A model generated the notes under the pieces. That model saw nothing but the letters and a program-made list of their open reading frames with translations. It was not told the origin of the DNA and did not search any database. From positions 5,060 to 69,059 of IMG/VR virus record IMGVR_UViG_3300044710_000064: 64,000 nucleotides of DNA; one strand, written 5' to 3'. Shown one piece after another: positions 54,452 to 63,369 of this stretch (position 1 is the stretch's first letter; each line of letters opens with the position of its first letter). Origin of the DNA: a virus. The position numbers were made by a program, and so were the translations under genes.

Positions 54452-56101
54452 TTAGTGAAACGCCACCACCATTACACTGTTGCTTGATGCATTCTGCTGT
54501 GCCGTCCAGCCAAAGTTGATCTGTGTGGTGTTGCCCGACCAGTAATGCGCTGCGACATCGCCATTGGTCATATCGTTTGCATCACCGCCGCAGACACCTG
54601 CTGTCGTCACCGTGCAGGCATTCGTCAGAGTAGGGCCTGGATAATCCAGGACTACGCCAGTCGGCTGCGAACTGGTCAAGTAAGGGCCGTTTCCGGCCGA
54701 CCCTATCGCGATGAACAGATCGGCGGAATTCCCAGGCGTTGCAAGGGGTAAGCCAGTACATGTGACATCGCTGCCCGAAGTTCCTTGGCAATTCCCTGCG
54801 CCCGTGCCCGTGCTTATGGCGTTAAAGACGGCGCTGGAAGTTACCTGAGTGCTTCCGCTCCCCGCGCTAAAGCCGGTATCAAGAGCCGTGACATTCGTGC
54901 AGTAGAATCTGATGAGATCCACATTCGCGCCGCCGCTTACCGTGGTTACCACAAATGTGTTCGGGTTAGAGATCGTGACCCCCAGGGAGTAGAACACTTT
55001 CGGGTTACCGCCGCCATTCGAGACGGCCGTGTACGTGTCGCTGTTGCTATCCGTAATAGAGCTGAGGCTCGCCGCGTCGTCGGTTATGATGACGCCAGTT
55101 GTGTTCGTCGGGCACCCTACATTGGTGACCAGCGTGATCGCGCCACCCGTCATGGTCGCAGAGGACACTAGAACAGCTTTGCCGGCCGATGGAGCTGAAC
55201 CACCCGAACCAGGCTTGAAAGCCGCCGCCATGATCGTGAAGGAATCATGTGTTGACTGAGAAATTGTTAATTGCGGGGTGAAGGTCGTGCCGGTCGCACT
55301 GCAGTAAAATTCGGCGTGGCCCGCGTAGGTAGACTCGTCAACCAGTGTGCAGTTGGAAGGCACCGTGATCGAATTCCAGATGTCTGAATAGTCAATGTTG
55401 CCGAAGATTGTTTCGTCGTCCACCTCAACATAAACGAGGTCGCCGATTACCACCGTGAGCGCCGTACCAGAGATATTAGGCGCAGTATTGTTGACCGGGA
55501 CCACGGCGGTCTTGCACGAACTTGTACGGAGGGCGCTCGTGGTGGCCACATTGTAAAAGTTTCCAATGTTGAAGTATGAATCACTAATCTTATCCGGGTG
55601 CGTTTCCGTAACCTGCGTTACTCCAGACGCCGGCGGCACAAAGTTAGCGGAGTAGTAAATGCCGTGATCGGCTCCGTTTGCCACTGCCAAGCCAGCGTCT
55701 TTGCAGCCAGAGCCAGCGGTGAATACCGCGTTCCACGTATTGCCGGTGCCGTTATCCGTAAAGGTTGGAGCGCACGGCGCTGTACACGAATGCGGATAGC
55801 CGTTTCCGGTCGTCGGGTTGTTTGGCCATGCACCCGACATAATGACAAGTGATCCAGATGTGACCGCGTGAGGAGAACCAGCGGGATCAAGCGCAAAGAC
55901 GTTCCCGTTCACTCCCGTGGTTGAGCCACCTCTTCCCTTGTCGGTGATGTTGTTCCCAAAAAATTGGTTTAGGGTTGGCGTGCCCGCGCTCGAAACGACC
56001 CCGAGTTTGTGCTTCTTTCTGAAAAGCACATCCTCGATCGGGTCCTGTGGAACGAGTGCTAGCCCTATCAGCATGAGGCTGAGAATGGAAAAGAAATTCA
56101 C
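54452..56101 (-). CDS. Beta-rich Cys-paired protein with signal-like N-terminus
   Basis: MNFFSILSLMLIGLALVP-Q; 12 Cys; TDNGTGNTW and TDSNSDTY motifs typical of fibre-tip domains. Confidence 0.65.
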   Translation of the reverse strand: MNFFSILSLMLIGLALVPQDPIEDVLFRKKHKLGVVSSAGTPTLNQFFGNNITDKGRGGSTTGVNGNVFALDPAGSPHAVTSGSLVIMSGAWPNNPTTGNGYPHSCTAPCAPTFTDNGTGNTWNAVFTAGSGCKDAGLAVANGADHGIYYSANFVPPASGVTQVTETHPDKISDSYFNIGNFYNVATTSALRTSSCKTAVVPVNNTAPNISGTALTVVIGDLVYVEVDDETIFGNIDYSDIWNSITVPSNCTLVDESTYAGHAEFYCSATGTTFTPQLTISQSTHDSFTIMAAAFKPGSGGSAPSAGKAVLVSSATMTGGAITLVTNVGCPTNTTGVIITDDAASLSSITDSNSDTYTAVSNGGGNPKVFYSLGVTISNPNTFVVTTVSGGANVDLIRFYCTNVTALDTGFSAGSGSTQVTSSAVFNAISTGTGAGNCQGTSGSDVTCTGLPLATPGNSADLFIAIGSAGNGPYLTSSQPTGVVLDYPGPTLTNACTVTTAGVCGGDANDMTNGDVAAHYWSGNTTQINFGWTAQQNASSNSVMVVAFH

Positions 56102-56102
56102 T

Positions 56103-57245
56103 TTACTCGGAAATGTTCTTGATTTCCAGCCAGCGGAACGTGACGTTGATCGTTCCGCCCGTAAGCGCCGCGTTGCCGAGATTCACGCAAACACCTTGAC
56201 CGGTTCCGATCAGTATCTGGGGTTTCAATCGCCCATTCCAAATGAAAAGATCATCAGGAACCGTGGAGGCAGAAACCAAAAATGCTGTATATGCTTGATG
56301 AATTGTGCCGACTGAAGCGCCGGCGGTCGGCCCCGTTCCCGTGTAGCTGACCGGCGTTGTGCTTGCGGCCGCGTAGTTGGTTACATCCCCGCGGACCGCA
56401 GTCATGTTGGCGGAAGTTCCGCCACTTTCCGCAGCGGAGTGCCGGATAAGCTGCACATTGACTAAGCCAGCAGTCGTCTGAATCCCGCTGACATCTGCCT
56501 CGTAGAGGAGTACGGTGTTGGTTGAATTGCCATAAATGCAGGCGTTGTCCGTGGTACTGGATGCCGCGAAATTGGCGCTGGCTTCGTAACTCGCCGGTCG
56601 AAGCCCTGGGATCAAGCTGGTCCAAAGCGTACCATCCGTTCCCACATTGAGCGCGGCATCCCGGCCTTGAGTTTCTGCCGAGCCATTGGACGGATCGGTT
56701 TGGATAATGCCGGGGAGTTCTCCGAGGCGATTAGTTCCCGCCGCCGCGCCGTTGTTCGAAAGTGCGCCATTCACGTTGGGAGTATTGGCCACCGTGACCG
56801 GCAGGGCAACTGCATAACAGACGCAGGTCGCGTAGGGCGTCACATTTGCGGTGCCCGTGATAGCTGTCGTCAACTTCAAAACGAGCTTGTAAGCGCCCGC
56901 CATGTAAATCAGAAATTGCTTGTTCGTCGATGCCTGCAAAGTGTAGGGCATCGAGACTTGAGCATATGTCGAACTCGTCGGATCGACGACCTGCCACGCT
57001 TGCAGGTTTACGAGGTTTCCGTCTCCTGGATCAGCTTGAAACTGAATCGCGCCGCCTGTTAGCGTCGTCGTCTGATCGAGGGTTACCAGCACGTGAGTGC
57101 CGGATGCCGCCTGGGCGAGTGTTTGCGTGGTGTTATTGGAGGTCGACGATGTCCAAACTGCTCCCGTATAGGGCGTGTTGCCGCACCCGGAAGCTTGCGC
57201 AAAGACAACCGAAGCGCCGAGCAAAATGAGAACGAGCAGCTTCAC
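56103..57245 (-). CDS. Beta-sandwich virion-like protein with Sec signal peptide
   Basis: MKLLVLILLGASVVFA-Q; C-terminal TFRWLE. Confidence 0.65.
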   Translation of the reverse strand: MKLLVLILLGASVVFAQASGCGNTPYTGAVWTSSTSNNTTQTLAQAASGTHVLVTLDQTTTLTGGAIQFQADPGDGNLVNLQAWQVVDPTSSTYAQVSMPYTLQASTNKQFLIYMAGAYKLVLKLTTAITGTANVTPYATCVCYAVALPVTVANTPNVNGALSNNGAAAGTNRLGELPGIIQTDPSNGSAETQGRDAALNVGTDGTLWTSLIPGLRPASYEASANFAASSTTDNACIYGNSTNTVLLYEADVSGIQTTAGLVNVQLIRHSAAESGGTSANMTAVRGDVTNYAAASTTPVSYTGTGPTAGASVGTIHQAYTAFLVSASTVPDDLFIWNGRLKPQILIGTGQGVCVNLGNAALTGGTINVTFRWLEIKNISE

Positions 57246-57246
57246 C

Positions 57247-57741
57247 TTATTCGATCCACTTGGCGTAGCAGATCGTGTTGACGCTCGAGCCGAAAGTCAC
57301 GCGGATGCGTCCGAACTTCCCAGCGCGCACCTTGAATTCCTCACCCTGGGTAAATGGAAAGACGTACTGATTTGTCGGAGCGATAAGTTGGATATCGCCG
57401 TTTCGCACCGTTGTGATTGAGCCTTCCGAGCTTGAGGTGTAACCCGATGCCGATGTGCCCAGCGTTAAGAGACTCGCGTCGTCGTTCGCGTCTCCGAATT
57501 TGGTGATATCGGCCGCAGCATAAGCCGTCACTGTGGCCGCAACGTCAGTTTCGATCAATTCGACAACGCCGGGTGTTGCCGCGGCCGATCCATCGAAAGA
57601 GATTCCCCATTCGGTTATCAGGATTGAGGTATTGGACGGAGGCGCAAGCTGAAGAAGCGTCTTAATCGACGTTCCGGTAGCGATCTTGGCAAAAGCAGCC
57701 GTGGTCTGCATCGGCCCGTTGAACGCTTTGAAGATTTTCAT
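57247..57741 (-). CDS. Beta-sandwich virion-like protein
   Basis: KTLLQL...ITEWGISFDG...VVEL..; C-terminal YAKWIE. Confidence 0.65.
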   Translation of the reverse strand: MKIFKAFNGPMQTTAAFAKIATGTSIKTLLQLAPPSNTSILITEWGISFDGSAAATPGVVELIETDVAATVTAYAAADITKFGDANDDASLLTLGTSASGYTSSSEGSITTVRNGDIQLIAPTNQYVFPFTQGEEFKVRAGKFGRIRVTFGSSVNTICYAKWIE

Positions 57742-57765
57742 CGAATCGAGATCAACGCTGTAAAA

Positions 57766-59931
57766 CTACTTGCATTGAATCTGGGATAGCCGTCCAACCG
57801 TGCACGTTTCGCCGAGAATGCCAGTCCAGTTGACAGTGGGCCAGACGAGGGAAGCGGCCTTCACCACCCCATTGAGAAGCGTCGAGTTGACGCCAAGATA
57901 GGACAGGATCGGCAGCATTGCCGTGATGTTGGATTGCAGCCGGGCGATCGTTGCGGCATCATTCGCCGAGTTTATCTGTGCGGCCGTGAGTTGCTGAAAA
58001 TACTGCAACCAGATAGTCGTCCACGTGGTCAGTTCCTGACTGAATTGAGAGCCGAGTTCAACGGAATTGGCATATTCGCCGGGCCAGAAGGTCAGCACAT
58101 CAGGAGTCGTGTCTACATAATTGCCGCTCTGCAGCCCCTTCGCCAACCATTCGAGCGCCAAGCCGGCCGTGCCCATCAAAATATTCGTCCCGTTCCAATT
58201 CAAATTGTTATTGAGGTAAGAAAGCGAGTAGGCCCAATCGATTGGATAGGTCCCCTTTGCCATCCCGTTGCCGTCATTGAGGATCAGTTGTAGCTGGTAC
58301 CACGCAAACGAAAGATAAACGTGCGCCGCGGCTGTTCCATTAGCAAGCCCAGGGGATGGACGGGGAACATCGGCCATGAATGGCGAACCCATAAATGGCA
58401 TGTTGCTGAACCAAGCTCGGCTAGCAGCCTTAGGTCCGAATGCAACACTTGCCGTGGACTCCAGACCGAATTCCTGGTTCAGTTCCCACTGTTTGACTTC
58501 AGACCAAAGTCGATAGGAATAAAATTCAGCTACATACGTTGAGTTTTGCCATTGCGGCGAAGTTGCAGGAAGCTGAACCTGCGCGCGAAACGCCCAGTCA
58601 TCTGCCAGCCAATAAGCAAAATCCCCGGACTTAATGGCAGCAGCATAAGCTGCGGAAGTCCCAGGCGCCAAATCCGCGCGAGTTTTGAGGTAGTTCTTGT
58701 ACAAAGAACTAGAGGTCCACAAAGCGGCGCCGAAGCCATCGAGAGGATGAACGATGGGAAGCCAACGATTCCAAGTCGGAAGTTGAAGCGCAATCGGTGT
58801 TTCTCGAGCGTTGAGGTAAGAGCCTGCCGCCAAGACGGTCGGAGGTCCTGTCAATGTCAGGTACGGCAGCATCGCCGCATCATTAGGAAGCACCGCGTTC
58901 AATCCCGCACCGGCCGCCCAATTTGTGACTGGCTTAGAATCGATTCCTGGGCCTGGTTGATAAGGAGGATTCCATGGGAGGCCTGGCGCTGGCGTTGCGA
59001 GCGATCGGATGTAGCTCGCGATTTGCAAGCCTTGTTGCGCGGTCAAACCATGAAAAACTGCGCGGGCCGCGATAGAGGTATTGGAATAATTAAAATACTT
59101 TAGGTCACGGCCATCCTGCGTGTGGCAATCCGCGCAGGAGGCGATGATGTTAGACGTGGGGCCGACCATCTGGGTATGGAGTGTGTTCTCGGCTCGCCAA
59201 GCTGCCAGGCCGGCCGCGATATCTGCGGCGTCATTTAGAGGGGGCGTCCAATTCGCCGGATTGTCCCACACGAAAGTAGATGCCGGGATCAGATTACCGC
59301 CGGAGTTGGCGACGTTGAAGGCCAATACCCTGAAGCCGGAAGTAATGCCATCGGTCCCATTAAATCTGAACGCGATTTGATTGGCGCCCACGGTCACTGC
59401 GCCAGGCAGCGGAAGGCTCAGATTGAATGTCGAGAACCCTCCTCCGATTCCACCGAACTGATTGGCGTACTGGTCTGTCAGTGTCACGGCGGGCGTACTG
59501 ATAGGCGTCCAGGCTCCCTGGTTCACCCGTACGCTCATCTCTGTCTGATATCTCAGGTTATTAACCTGCATGGTGAGCGTTAAGGAACCTGTCAGATCCA
59601 CCCCGGGTGGAATGCCAAACTTCACGGTGCTCGTGGTTCCGTTGGCTCCGACGACCTCGACCGGAAGCGTGATCGTGTCCGCCACCAGCGTAATGGCCTG
59701 ACTGAAAATTGTTTGACTGCCGTCTACAGCCGTGACGGTGACCGTCTGCTGGTAGGGATTCGTCGCGGGGGCTGTATACAAGCCGGCGCTCGATACCGTC
59801 CCTACCGCCGGAGTAACGGACCAAACCACAGTGGGCGCCCCCAGTTGGATGGTTTGACCAGACGTCAATAGAATCGGGACTTGGGCGACCGCGCCCCATA
59901 CCAGCAACGTGAACAGGAAGCAAACTCTCAT
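57766..59931 (-). CDS. Secreted protein with c-type heme-binding motif
   Basis: Signal peptide GAVA-Q; Ig-like GTVSSAGLYTAP; CADCH at 59122-59136. Confidence 0.75.
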   Translation of the reverse strand: MRVCFLFTLLVWGAVAQVPILLTSGQTIQLGAPTVVWSVTPAVGTVSSAGLYTAPATNPYQQTVTVTAVDGSQTIFSQAITLVADTITLPVEVVGANGTTSTVKFGIPPGVDLTGSLTLTMQVNNLRYQTEMSVRVNQGAWTPISTPAVTLTDQYANQFGGIGGGFSTFNLSLPLPGAVTVGANQIAFRFNGTDGITSGFRVLAFNVANSGGNLIPASTFVWDNPANWTPPLNDAADIAAGLAAWRAENTLHTQMVGPTSNIIASCADCHTQDGRDLKYFNYSNTSIAARAVFHGLTAQQGLQIASYIRSLATPAPGLPWNPPYQPGPGIDSKPVTNWAAGAGLNAVLPNDAAMLPYLTLTGPPTVLAAGSYLNARETPIALQLPTWNRWLPIVHPLDGFGAALWTSSSLYKNYLKTRADLAPGTSAAYAAAIKSGDFAYWLADDWAFRAQVQLPATSPQWQNSTYVAEFYSYRLWSEVKQWELNQEFGLESTASVAFGPKAASRAWFSNMPFMGSPFMADVPRPSPGLANGTAAAHVYLSFAWYQLQLILNDGNGMAKGTYPIDWAYSLSYLNNNLNWNGTNILMGTAGLALEWLAKGLQSGNYVDTTPDVLTFWPGEYANSVELGSQFSQELTTWTTIWLQYFQQLTAAQINSANDAATIARLQSNITAMLPILSYLGVNSTLLNGVVKAASLVWPTVNWTGILGETCTVGRLSQIQCK

Positions 59932-59947
59932 GCGCCCGGACTGGTTC

Positions 59948-60880
59948 CTATGTTCCGCCTGCGGTGCAGCTCAGCGTATAAGTTGTCTGAATTGAATCGG
60001 TGGTCTGCGTGATCGTGATTGGCGCCGCCGTGAGGCCAGACGACGAAGACGGCGTAGACGCCGGGGCATTGGCGGTGTTCATCCAGCGCCGATCCCAGAG
60101 TGTCCCCGAAGAACTCGCGCTCAGAATGCCCCACTCGATGATGGTCAAGGGCGGAGTCGTCCCAGTGAAAACGACCGTTGCAATCGACTTGTACTGATTC
60201 GAAGTCGGGTTGGATTGCGTGCCAGCGACGCGAGTAATGCTCGACACTTCCGTGGTCAGAGCCGTGTCCGCTTGACCGTTCAGGAGCTGGGCTGCGTTGG
60301 TTCCTCCACCGAAAGAGGATCCTCCACCGACTGAGCCGAGCAGCGTGTAGGTGTTGGTCGTTACTGGGCTAATTTCCCAAATTCCATTGATACCAGTGAT
60401 ACCTGTAATACCCGAGAGCTTGATGATATCGTTCAGGAAAAATGGGTGAGCCGATTGGGTAACCACGATCGGCGTAGCCGCCGTCGCCGCGGTGGGCGAA
60501 CTGGTCGAGCCGTGAACGTCACCAGTCCCGTAGGTGTGGTAATTGAAATTGATGAGCGGATTCGAGTTCGATACAAAAGTCGTGGCCAGATAGTTGATGC
60601 CTGCCGAGGTCACGATCCCGACCATTGGGAGTCCCGCAGTAATGCGCCACAGTTTCATCGCTTCCTGAGGGCAACATTCGCACCACATCACGAAAGTGGC
60701 GAACGTCATGGCGGCAAAGAACTTCACGTGCCGGCGAAGATGCTCCCAAAGGTTCCGCATCCAGGAGATAGACTTTCGAATTACCCGCGTGTGCGGCGCG
60801 AAGTCCTGGATGCTCCCGTCGCCACGGATCAGCCGATGCTGAACGGAAGCGCTAAACTCCATGTATCCGGCGAATTGCAT
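59948..60880 (-). CDS. Fibre-anchor-like structural protein with FCCH-like insert
   Basis: TSAGINYLA..GTG...ADTALTTEV..RVAG...IIEWGI...GTLWDR; insert TPIVVTQSAH...INGIWEI. Confidence 0.6.
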   Translation of the reverse strand: MQFAGYMEFSASVQHRLIRGDGSIQDFAPHTRVIRKSISWMRNLWEHLRRHVKFFAAMTFATFVMWCECCPQEAMKLWRITAGLPMVGIVTSAGINYLATTFVSNSNPLINFNYHTYGTGDVHGSTSSPTAATAATPIVVTQSAHPFFLNDIIKLSGITGITGINGIWEISPVTTNTYTLLGSVGGGSSFGGGTNAAQLLNGQADTALTTEVSSITRVAGTQSNPTSNQYKSIATVVFTGTTPPLTIIEWGILSASSSGTLWDRRWMNTANAPASTPSSSSGLTAAPITITQTTDSIQTTYTLSCTAGGT

Positions 60881-60934
60881 AGTTCGCTCCTTTGAACGCT
60901 GAACGGTGGAAATGTTTGTGGAAAAAGAGGAAAA

Positions 60935-61171
60935 CTAACTGGAGGAAGGAGTGGTGACCAGATGGAAGACGTCGAGCTTGGCCGCTAGAGTCTGAAGGCC
61001 GGAACTAAACGTGAGGAAGTCATTCCACATCTTTGCCTGGTCGGCTGCGGGAACAGTTGCAAGGACCTTCTCGAGCAGGGAGAAGCCGGCAATGATCGCG
61101 TCCTCGTACGGGCCGTGAATAGCCGATGGAATCGCAGGAAGATTGGAAAGTGGAGAACTTTGAGTGGCCAT
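60935..61171 (-). CDS. Hypothetical protein
   Basis: In operon, tight spacing. Confidence 0.55.
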   Translation of the reverse strand: MATQSSPLSNLPAIPSAIHGPYEDAIIAGFSLLEKVLATVPAADQAKMWNDFLTFSSGLQTLAAKLDVFHLVTTPSSS

Positions 61172-61177
61172 TTGGAT

Positions 61178-61762
61178 CTACGGTTGCGTGAACCAAATCG
61201 TTGTATGGCCCGTGAAACCGTTAACGGCTTCGTGGAATGTGAATTCTCCACGCCCATCCGGGTCCGCATAAGATTGACCGTTGGCGAGCGACGTTCCGTT
61301 GGGCAGCATGTTCCCAATAGCCTGCCAAAATCCGCTTCCGAGAGTAACTCCCACAAGCGAAGTAGCCGGCACGGGAACAACCGGGACCGGTGGCGGATTG
61401 TACGGCGGATAGTCTGCGGGATTCAGGCTAACTTTAATCGAACCTGATGCCGGATTGTTCGGATCGTAGGCTGCAGCTCCGGGCTGCGATACTCCGGGAG
61501 CCAGTGTGATCGGGCCCATAAGAGCGGATGGGACCCAAGTGTACCCGTAGGCAATGCGTTGGCTCATCACCAGATACGGGTCCCAACCCCAGACCATGAT
61601 CGGAACGTCAATGGTATAGCCCTGCGTGGCGAGTGTCATCGCCTGAGTGGAACGCTGGGTGAAGTCCTGGATCTGTGCCAGCGCTTGAATAGCTGGGGGC
61701 TGGTGGGCCCAGTAGACCGCATCAAAAGCCGCCTCGGTGAGTGGCGCTGAAGTCGTTCCCAT
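61178..61762 (-). CDS. Conserved hypothetical protein
   Basis: YWAHQP...GYTIDVPIMVWGWDP...GYTWVPSAL; recalled from Acidobacteriota proteins, unverified. Confidence 0.7.
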   Translation of the reverse strand: MGTTSAPLTEAAFDAVYWAHQPPAIQALAQIQDFTQRSTQAMTLATQGYTIDVPIMVWGWDPYLVMSQRIAYGYTWVPSALMGPITLAPGVSQPGAAAYDPNNPASGSIKVSLNPADYPPYNPPPVPVVPVPATSLVGVTLGSGFWQAIGNMLPNGTSLANGQSYADPDGRGEFTFHEAVNGFTGHTTIWFTQP

Positions 61763-61764
61763 GG

Positions 61765-62082
61765 CTACTGGTTAGCCCTCACCCAAGCCTGCACCGCCTC
61801 AACTTCCAGCCAAGGCGAACGCACGGAGCGCTTGGAGCCCGTCAGGCAATTTCCCTGCACCTGAATATGAGCCGAGAAGGGGGGAACGCTATTGGCATTT
61901 GAGCTGCCGTTGGCGATCAAACCGAAAGCTTCGACGGAAGCTTGAAATGGCGTCTCGCCTCCGACGTGCACCGGAGTCTGATCCGGAGTCTTGGAGTCCG
62001 AATACCGCACGAGAGCGACCTCAAATCCGATTCCGACGAGGGCCGTAGTGAGGCCCGTGATTCCCATTACTGTGATGTCCAT
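61765..62082 (-). CDS. Hypothetical protein
   Basis: RBS AAGGAG. Confidence 0.6.
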   Translation of the reverse strand: MDITVMGITGLTTALVGIGFEVALVRYSDSKTPDQTPVHVGGETPFQASVEAFGLIANGSSNANSVPPFSAHIQVQGNCLTGSKRSVRSPWLEVEAVQAWVRANQ

Positions 62083-62110
62083 GATGATTACTCCTTTTGG
62101 TTAGCTGTGA

Positions 62111-62620
62111 TTACGCCGCAAGCATTCCGCTTTCAACTTCCACGGATACACCACGGTTGAACAATTCCACGCCTACGATGAAGCGCAGCTTGTTCTTGAT
62201 TTCGACCAGCCGGCCCCGGGTCCCAGCAAACGGTCCCCGGGTAATGGTGACTTGCTGACCCACTTTCAGAAGGTTCCAAGGCTCCGCCAATCCACTGTCG
62301 ACTACAATCCGGAGGTTCTCGATTTCGATGTGGGGAACTGTGGCCGGGGTAGATCCGAAGCTCAGAATGTCGATGACGCCGGGAACATTGAGAACGGCGC
62401 CACGCTCCTCGATTACGAACCGCCCGAAGACGTAGCCGGTGAACAGGGCTCTCCGGATTTCGGTCGGCTTCCAGTGGGAATAACGCCGCATCTCAGAGTA
62501 TTGGGGATTGAAAACCTCAATATCGCGCTGGTAAATCCGCTCAGAAACTACAGATTCTATTCCAGCTTGCACCCGCAATACGTACCACGGGCTACCTGCT
62601 TCAAGAGAATGCGTTGCCAT
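62111..62620 (-). CDS. NusG-paralogue antiterminator (UpxY/RfaH-like)
   Basis: NGN domain WYVLRV..G.E, LFTGYVF; KOW domain VGQQVTITRGPFAG..G. Confidence 0.9.
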   Translation of the reverse strand: MATHSLEAGSPWYVLRVQAGIESVVSERIYQRDIEVFNPQYSEMRRYSHWKPTEIRRALFTGYVFGRFVIEERGAVLNVPGVIDILSFGSTPATVPHIEIENLRIVVDSGLAEPWNLLKVGQQVTITRGPFAGTRGRLVEIKNKLRFIVGVELFNRGVSVEVESGMLAA

Positions 62621-62681
62621 CAGATTTGGGGAAACGAGCCTAAGAGGGAGGCTAGGAAGGAATGTGTGGGCTGTCGGGATT

Positions 62682-62711
62682 ATTGTATGCGGAGAAACAT
62701 TGCGGTGTCAA
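62682..62711 (-). promoter_or_regulatory. Sigma70 promoter for the late arm
   Basis: TTGACA-N18-TACAAT on the - strand, about 60 nt upstream of the nusG-like ATG. Confidence 0.8.
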
Positions 62712-62714
62712 TAT

Positions 62715-62730
62715 GTTTCCACGTGAAACA
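62715..62730. promoter_or_regulatory. parS-like site GTTTCCACGTGAAACA
   Basis: 14/16 match to TGTTNCACGTGAAACA. Confidence 0.4.
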
Positions 62731-62738
62731 GTTTGTGA

Positions 62739-62790
62739 TCCGCACTCTTTCGGACTTATTCGCACTATTTCGCACTTGTCCGAAACACTG
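62739..62790. repeat. Five 10-bp-phased repeats (TYCG(C/G)ACT), likely operator array
   Basis: cgcactcttt cggacttatt cgcactattt cgcacttgtc cgaaacactg. Confidence 0.7.
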
Positions 62791-62804
62791 GCAGCCCTTA
62801 TACT
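62776..62804 (+). promoter_or_regulatory. Sigma70 promoter for the leaderless HTH gene
   Basis: TTGTCC-N17-TATACT-N7-ATG. Confidence 0.7.
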
Positions 62805-62811
62805 GTACCCA

Positions 62812-63123
62812 ATGACACCACCTCAAACCTCAATACTCCCGCCAGAACTAGAGCAAACCTTATTCAACAAAGACGAACGTTTCGCAGCCGCCTTCCTGGG
62901 AATAAGTTCTGAGGGATTACGTACCTGGAGAAAGCAGGGTCGCAGTCCTAACTACAGGAAGCTCGGGAAGCTCGTGCGTTATTCGATTGAAAGCCTGAGG
63001 GCTTTCGTTGAAGCGCAGCCAATCGGCGGATCAAATGAAAGAATGCCCAAGCCGACTTCAGCGGTGGAGAGTCGCGAATGGAAACGAGCCAGAGCGGATG
63101 CCAGGAAAGATATGGCCGGTTGA
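62812..63123 (+). CDS. AlpA/excisionase-like HTH protein
   Basis: AAAFLGISSEGLRTWRKQGRSPNYRKLGKLVRYS. Confidence 0.85.
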   Translation: MTPPQTSILPPELEQTLFNKDERFAAAFLGISSEGLRTWRKQGRSPNYRKLGKLVRYSIESLRAFVEAQPIGGSNERMPKPTSAVESREWKRARADARKDMAG

Positions 63124-63125
63124 AG

Positions 63126-63344
63126 TCAGCACGCCACCAGTTCAACCCGGCTCAAAACCGGCGCGCAATCGGCGCAACACGCTGAGCAGAATAGCCAGGG
63201 CACACCCGGTTCAAGCGTCTCTGCCAAGTGAGCTTCTCCATCAATCGCCTGTCCGCATCGTTGGCACAATCCGAAGACTGCCTCCGTCCGAATGCAGCGC
63301 GGTTTGTTGAGCTTGCCTCGCATGACCTGAGTTAAGAGTATCAC
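63126..63344 (-). CDS. Small Cys-rich protein
   Basis: CQRC...CSACC; start overlaps region downstream of the 63370 gene. Confidence 0.4.
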   Translation of the reverse strand: MILLTQVMRGKLNKPRCIRTEAVFGLCQRCGQAIDGEAHLAETLEPGVPWLFCSACCADCAPVLSRVELVAC

Positions 63345-63369
63345 TTTGTGACGTAGTGTGGTTTGCGGA

